Source: Macrostomum lignano
Taxonomy: Eukaryota
NCBI GenBank assembly: GCA_002269645.1
Contig: NIVC01005078.1
Coordinates: 1-26,875 of the forward strand
Direction: 5' to 3'
DNA length: 26,875 bases
Position 1 is the first letter of the stretch, and each line of letters begins with the position of its first letter. The position numbers and the translations under genes were made by a program. Below, one piece after another: positions 21,288 to 26,875 of the stretch. Under the pieces are notes generated by a model. It saw only the letters and a program-made list of their open reading frames with translations, was not told the origin of the DNA and did no database searches.

Positions 21288-22361
21288 GGCTCGGGCGCTA
21301 ATCACTAGGCAGGATGGGGATTCGCGATAATCACTGACTCGACTTTGCTTTTAAGCTCAAAGGAAAACCGCCCCAGGCTAGTTGCTTAATGATGATTAAC
21401 CTGCTGTTGCTTCTTTGATTTCAAGCCAGTCCAATGAATCGCAGTTGTTGTTGTTGTTAGTCAAGAAGGCGTAAACTAATAATTACTGCGAGTTGCCATT
21501 GCCAGGACAGCGCAGGATTATGAAGCCTAATCAGTACGTGTGCACTAGTCAGGCTCGAATGAGCCAATCCACTGCCCCCCCATCCCCGGGGGCAAAATTT
21601 GAAATCGCTATACACGGTCTCTAAGTGACACAGCCAACTGCACAGACAAATGAGACTGAGAGTTAGGGGAGGCTGGCTGCATTTTCTACTGCTCCAGGGA
21701 TTTTCATCACCTTTGTGGCCACGCCCTTCCCGCGTTGGCTCTCTGTCTCTAGCTCGACCCCCTCTATTGCTTTGAGTCTCTTCCCCACGAGGTCGCTCTG
21801 CACGCTCATCTGTCTAGCGGACAGGTGAGTCCGGCAAGCAAACGATGAGAGTACGGAAGTAATCTAATCTAATGAGGCATGGACTGCTGCGTCGAGAAAT
21901 CCGGATTGCAAACGGTAGCTGGTCTCATAGAACCTGATTGTCCAGAATTCAGATCTTATAGTATTCCATATAGTTGAATTAGAGACTATGAGTTATTAGC
22001 AGGTGCAGAGCTGTTGAAGTTTCGTGCACTTGTACTTCAATTCATGTCTGGACATGAGACAGTCAAGTGTGCAGAAAAAAGCTTCAATAACTTGTGGCAG
22101 CTTTTGATTAGCATGAGCTAAATGAATATGCCGACTACAATAGTATGAATTATTATTGGTAGTAGATTGTCAATAGTTAATTGAGATGTCTTGAGGAGTA
22201 CCTTTGATTTTCACTGATAGAATGGCTTTTTGAGATTGGAATTCCATGGCTGGTCAAAGAGAGCGACTTGGGTTCAAAGCTCAGTAAGTTCCGACTTGTC
22301 AAAATTAAAAAAACCAGCAAAATCAAGATTTACTCATTCAGAAATTCTCAGATGTACTCAC

Positions 22362-22437
22362 CATCGAACACGGAACTAAAAGATTGGATGGACCATAGCC
22401 ATCAAAACGCAAAAATATATTTTGCGTAAGTCTTTCC
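22362..22437 (-). other. Candidate 5'-UTR exon of the NIT guanylate cyclase
   Basis: Strong donor GATG|GTGAGT (intron starts 22361) pairs with acceptor CCTAG| at 21305, 17 nt before the cyclase ATG. The exon is preceded by a long pyrimidine tract ending TTTTAAG (22438). Confidence 0.45.
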
Positions 22438-22532
22438 CTTAAAATTGAAATCAAAAGCAAGAGAAGCGTCCATTTTTTACAGAAATAACTGCGTGGCTAA
22501 AAGAGCCATTATCGTTCCTTGTCACCGAGTTA

Positions 22533-23162
22533 TCACTTAATGATGTTATAAAACCGGATGGCATGGGTGCTGTCTGAAGGCAGTGCGCTACCATCTGCTG
22601 CTGCACCCTTCTTCGCATCTTTGGCGTCCTTCTTGGCGTCTTTTGCGTCCTTTGCGTCCTTCTTAACGTCCTTTGCGTCTTTCTTCGCGTCTTTTGCGTC
22701 CTTCTTAACGTCCTTTGCGTCTTTCTTCGCGTCCTTTGCGTCCTTTTTAACGTCCTTTGCATCCTTTTTAACGTCCTTAGCGTCCTTCTTGGCGTCTTTT
22801 GCGTCCTTAACATCCTTTGCGTCCTTCTTGGCGTCCTTCTTTGCGTCCTTTGCGTCCTTTGCGTCCTTCTTAGCGTCCTTTGCGTCCTTCTTAGCGTCCT
22901 TTGCGTCCTTCTTAGCGTCCTTAGCGTCCTTTTTGGCGTCCTTGACGTCTTTCTTAGCGTCCTTTTTGGAATCCTTGGCATCCTTTTTAGCATCCTTTTT
23001 GGCATCTTTCTTTGCGTCTTTTGCGTCCTTTTTAGCGTCTTTTTTCGCGTCTTTAACGTCCTTCGCGCCCTTAGCAGCTTTGGTACTCATGCCGGTGCCT
23101 TCTCCGCTGCATCGGCTTACTGAGCAGTTGAAGAGTTGCTTTAACTTGGCTTCCGCTTCCTG
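22533..23162 (-). CDS. Terminal coding exon of a Lys/Asp/Ala-rich repeat protein (cylicin-like KKD/DAK repeats); 5' exons unresolved
   Basis: Frame is open from a TAG|CAG tandem acceptor at 23163 (QEAEAKLKQLFNCSVSRCSGEGTGMSTK...) to TGA at 22533. Repeat copies differ mainly at synonymous positions (GAC/GAT, GCA/GCC/GCG/GCT, AAA/AAG), unlike the non-coding satellites. Confidence 0.75.
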   Translation of the reverse strand, partial: QEAEAKLKQLFNCSVSRCSGEGTGMSTKAAKGAKDVKDAKKDAKKDAKDAKKDAKKDAKKDAKDSKKDAKKDVKDAKKDAKDAKKDAKDAKKDAKDAKKDAKDAKDAKKDAKKDAKDVKDAKDAKKDAKDVKKDAKDVKKDAKDAKKDAKDVKKDAKDAKKDAKDVKKDAKDAKDAKKDAKDAKKGAAADGSALPSDSTHAIRFYNIIK

Positions 23163-24046
23163 CTAATTCTCACTAGATCGTTAAAGAATCGGTCGAACTA
23201 CTAGTGTAAAATAAGCGTCTATGTTCCGATTCGAAACCCGGAATGGATTTTAGACCTTGCTTACTAATTTTAGTTGAAGTTTTTTGGCAGAACCAAATGT
23301 ATCGCTCCATCCTATCTACAGGATTGGCGTTCCGTGGTGCTGCAGAGAATCAGGGAGTCAGGCGCGGATGTCATCACGGCTGCCCAAGAGTGCAATATAC
23401 ACCATTCTTGTTGGATCGTTCTGAGTCCAAAGTCTGAATTCAACTGCTCGATGTCTGAAACTTATTAATTCATCAATTCAAATTAATAATTCAAATTAAA
23501 TTAATGAACATACGACAAATAATTCAACCTAATGGTACTACTATTCATCTAGTAGGCTGCTCGCGTCTTACTAGATAAATTTGCTTAATTTGACTATTTC
23601 TTGCTTAAATAAATCAAGGATTTTTTTTCAAATTTATCGTATTGATTTTCCGTTGGCACGAGTATGCGTGTTGCTATTGAATTAAGAGTTGTCTCCGGCC
23701 TGTGCTCAAAGTAACCCATCTTATTCAGGTCTAGTATCTAGAGAACTAATCATAACATTCCTCACACAATACGACCGTATGAGCTATTTTAAAGTGCCTA
23801 AAAGCCAAGGCAACAAACTAAACAAACACATGTTCTAAAAGAAATTTCCGGAAAATTCTTTTTTCTATATTAAGATTCGCTGAGTCATTTGATTCGGACT
23901 TGTTTTTTAATGCGTCAACCGCACAGTTTTTGTCTATTCGGAGAGAGAGACAAGCATTCGCTGTTCTGCGTGCGACGTCTTGGACCTCCGCTTTGTCCCA
24001 ACAGCGATAAGATGAAGCCAATGCAACCCCGCGCTTATAGCTCCGT

Positions 24047-24060
24047 GTTGTCATGGCAAC
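24047..24060. promoter_or_regulatory. RFX X-box GTTGTCATGGCAAC, with CCAAT box at ~24017-24022
   Basis: Exact match to the X-box consensus GTHNYY-AT-RRNAAC; lies between the divergently oriented DAKK and tetraspanin genes. Confidence 0.55.
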
Positions 24061-24297
24061 CCGGGGCTGACAGAGAGCTTCGCCAGTGCGCAGTAACTGT
24101 TTCATATCTTATCTTAAGTTGACTCGAGCGGATTTGAGGAGGGGTCGCCGCTTCTGCCACTGTAGCCTTTGAGAATTGGCTTCGTGGCCTCAGGGAAGAG
24201 GGTGGCGCCCAGGCTGTGCGCCCTAGCCACCCTCCGCCGTCAACTCTGGGTATTTATTATCTACCAACTTGGCTTAAGATTTTCTTTCTGTTAACAG

Positions 24298-24330
24298 GTC
24301 TGTGACTGACTGCAACTCCAAGCTTTTTTG
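24298..24330 (+). other. Candidate 33-nt 5'-UTR exon of the tetraspanin
   Basis: TTTTCTTTCTGTTAACAG| acceptor and TTTG|GTAAGT donor. The downstream intron holds the 33-bp array and ends at CCAG (26171) or CGCAG (26196), after a CTAAC branch site at ~26149. Confidence 0.5.
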
Positions 24331-24490
24331 GTAAGTTGCTATATCGTTTCTAGTTAAGGACAATTTTGAGGGCAGAATGTCGCAGTGCTTTTCTTTGCAA
24401 CTTTCTTTGCAATTTTGAAGTTTTTTAACACTGTAGAGTTTGGTCTGTAATAGTAAGTTAAATTAATTTCTAAGTTAATTGTTTACAAGT

Positions 24491-26103
24491 CTTGAAGTAT
24501 TTCGATCTGTCTGAAGCATCCGTCCTGAAGTATTTCAATCTATCTGAAGCATCGATCCTGAAGTATTTCAATCTATCTGAAGCATGCATCCTGAAGTATT
24601 CTATCTATCTGAAGCATCCATCCTGAAGTATTCTATCTATCTGGAGCATCGATCCTGAAGTATTTCAATCTATCTGAAGCATCGATCCTGAAGTATTTCA
24701 ATCTATCTGAAGCATCGATCCTGAAGTATTTCAATCTATCTGAAGCATCGATCCTCAAGTAATTCAATCTATCTGAAGCATCGATCCTGAAGTATTTCAA
24801 TCTATCTGAAGCATCGATCCTGAAGTATTTCAATCTATCTGAAGCATCCATCCTGAAGTATTCTATCTATCTAAGCATCGATCCTGAAGTAGTTCAATCT
24901 ATCTGAAGCATCGATCCTGAAGTATTCAATCTATCTGAAGCATCGATCCTGAAGTATTTCAATCTATCTGAAGCATCGATCCTGAAGTATTTCAATCTAT
25001 CTGAAGCATCGATCCTGAAGTATTCCAATCTATCTGAAGCATCGATCCTGAAGTATTTCAATCTATCTGAAGCATCGATCCTGAAGTATTTCAATCTATC
25101 TGAAGCATCGATCCTGAAGTATTCAATCTATCTGAAGCATCGATCCTGAAGTATTCCAATCTATCTGAAGCATCGATCCTGAAGTATTTCAATCTATCTG
25201 AAGCATCGATCCTGAAGTATTCAATCTATCTGAAGCATCGATCCTGAAGTATTTCAATCTATCTGAAGCATGCATCCTGAAGTATTTCGATCTATCTAAA
25301 GCATCGATCCTGAAGTATTTCGATCTATCTGAAGCATCGATCCTGAAGTATTTCAATCTATCTGAAGCATCGATCCTGAAGTAGTTCAATCTATCTGAAG
25401 CATCGATCCTGAAGTATTTCAATCTATCTGAAGCATCGATCCTGAAGTATTTCAATCTATCTGGAGCATCGATCCTGAAGTATTTCAATCTATTTGAAGC
25501 ATCGATCCTGAAGTATTTCAATCTATCTGAGCATCGATCCTGAAGTATTTCAATCTATCTGAAGCATCGATCCTGAAGTATTTCAATCTATCTGAAGCAT
25601 CGATCCTGAAGTATTTCAATCTATCTGAAGCATCGATCCTGAAGTATTTCAATCTATCTGAAGCATCGATCCTGAAGTATTTCAATCTATCTGAAGCATC
25701 CATCCTGAAGTATTTCAATCTATCTGAAGCATCGATCCTGAAGTATTTCAATCTATCTGAAGCATCGATCCTGAAGTATTTCAATCTATCTGAAGCATCG
25801 ATCCTGAAGTATTTCAATCTATCTGAAGCATCGATCCTGAAGTATTTCAATCTATCTGAAGCATCGATCCTGAAGTATTTCAATCTATCTGAAGCATCCA
25901 TCCTGAAGTATTTCAATCTATCTGAAGCATCGATCCTGAAGTATTTCAATCTATCTGAAGCATCGATCCTGAAGTATTTCAATCTATCTGAAGCATCGAT
26001 CCTGAAGTATTTCAATCTATCTGAAGCATCGATCCTGAAGTATTTCAATCTATCTGAAGCATCGATCCTGAAGTATTTCAATTATCTGAAGCAATCCTGA
26101 AGA
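24491..26103. repeat. 33-bp satellite (TCAATCTATCTGAAGCATCGATCCTGAAGTATT), ~49 copies
   Basis: Highly homogeneous; the unit is a dimer of CTGAAG-led subunits; explains the KYFRIDASDRL ORFs. Confidence 0.98.
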
Positions 26104-26243
26104 CTTGCAAAATGCCCACACCAAACCAAGATCCCAAGGTGTTGCATTCTAACCAATGTGCCCCAAACCAGATCACCGGCTCCGAACATCCCGCAGGACA
26201 CTCAGCAAGCAGCGCACTCGAAGTTTAATAAGACACAGAAGCC

Positions 26244-26561
26244 ATGGGTTGCGGCAGCAAGCTCGCTTCGATCACCCTGTTCGTGTTCACCATCGTGTTC
26301 TTCTTGGTGGGCCTGGCCCTGCTGTCTGCCGGCATCTGGATGCTGGTCAGTCAGGACAAACTGTTCAACTTGTTGAACCTCATCAACCAGCAGGCTGGAA
26401 ACAATCCGGAAGTTGAGAGCGAACTGCTCAGACTCTCCGGTCAAAAAGGCATCGTGTCGACCGCTGGCGCCATCCTTATTGCTGTCGGCGCCCTCAGCGC
26501 CTTTATCAGCCTGTTCGGCTGTCTGGGAGCTGTGCGACAGTCCAAGTGCCTGCTGGGCATC
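26244..26561 (+). CDS. Tetraspanin, first coding exon (TM1, EC1, TM2, inner loop); gene continues beyond the window
   Basis: MGC start, TM1 ending GIW, TM2 GAILIAVGALSAFISLFGCLGA, then RQSKCLL (FGCxGAxxExxCLL family motif); phase-0 donor ATC|GTGAGT at 26562. Confidence 0.9.
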
Positions 26562-26657
26562 GTGAGTCAGAGAGAGTTTTGCTGACACTCTATCTGATAC
26601 ATATAGTCTGACCGTTTGACTTTCTAATGTCCTAACCAGATACCAGCCTTCAGATTA

Positions 26658-26875
26658 TTTGATACCTGATGCTGACCATTTGATATCTGATGCTGGGACC
26701 ATTTGATATTTGATTGCTGACCATTTGATACCTGATGCTGACCATTTGATACCTGATGCTGACCATTTTATATCTGATGCTGACCATTTGATATCTGATG
26801 CTGACCATTTGATATTTGATGCTGACATTTGATACCTGATTTGCTGACCATTTGATACCTGATGCTGACCATTTA
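26658..26875. repeat. 21-bp minisatellite (GATACCTGATGCTGACCATTT) in the tetraspanin intron
   Basis: Period 21 (26721, 26742); runs off the window end. Confidence 0.92.

Noticed and set aside
21700-21830. Plus-strand exon ending ACAG|GTGAGT at 21825 (antisense transcript or far-upstream tetraspanin exon)
   Set aside because: A single 6-9 nt donor match occurs by chance; no acceptor partner or start can be assigned.
22451-23166. Hydrophobic ASFLASF ORF (+) and RTLRRTQ ORF (-)
   Set aside because: Antisense and shifted-frame shadows; nucleotide variation is synonymous only in the DAKK frame.
23240-24105. Upstream coding exons of the DAKK gene (e.g. IGWSDTFGSAKKLQLKL ending at a GTAAGC donor near 23262)
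   Set aside because: One phase-compatible chain can be built but needs weak splice sites and has no start codon; left unresolved pending cDNA.
24633-26081. KYFRIDASDRL repeat ORFs
   Set aside because: In-frame only because the unit is 33 bp; indels break the frame repeatedly and there is no synonymous bias.

Overview
Eukaryotic (metazoan) genomic DNA with GT-AG introns, TTAGGG-type repeats and about 10.5 kb (~39%) of short-period tandem arrays. The satellite-filled introns and the LINE tail resemble a Macrostomum-type flatworm genome (inference, not verified). Hand-spliced gene models: (1) a single-exon alpha-endosulfine/ARPP19 gene (-); (2) a two-exon 80-aa secreted inhibitor-cystine-knot (knottin) peptide gene (+), absent from the ORF track; (3) an 11-coding-exon, 648-aa two-TM NIT-domain guanylate cyclase (-) that keeps both metal-binding Asp but has lost the catalytic Asn, Arg and Lys; (4) the terminal exon of a Lys/Asp/Ala heptad-repeat (cylicin-like) protein (-); (5) the 5' part of a tetraspanin (+). 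There are also a decayed RTE-type LINE 3' end, a frameshifted Tc1/IS630-like HTH fragment and 14 tandem arrays. Most long ORFs in the track are satellite artefacts. Best leads: the half-site NIT cyclase, the knottin, exons bracketed by inverted satellite arrays, and a possible RFX-driven, operon-like link between the DAKK gene and the cyclase.
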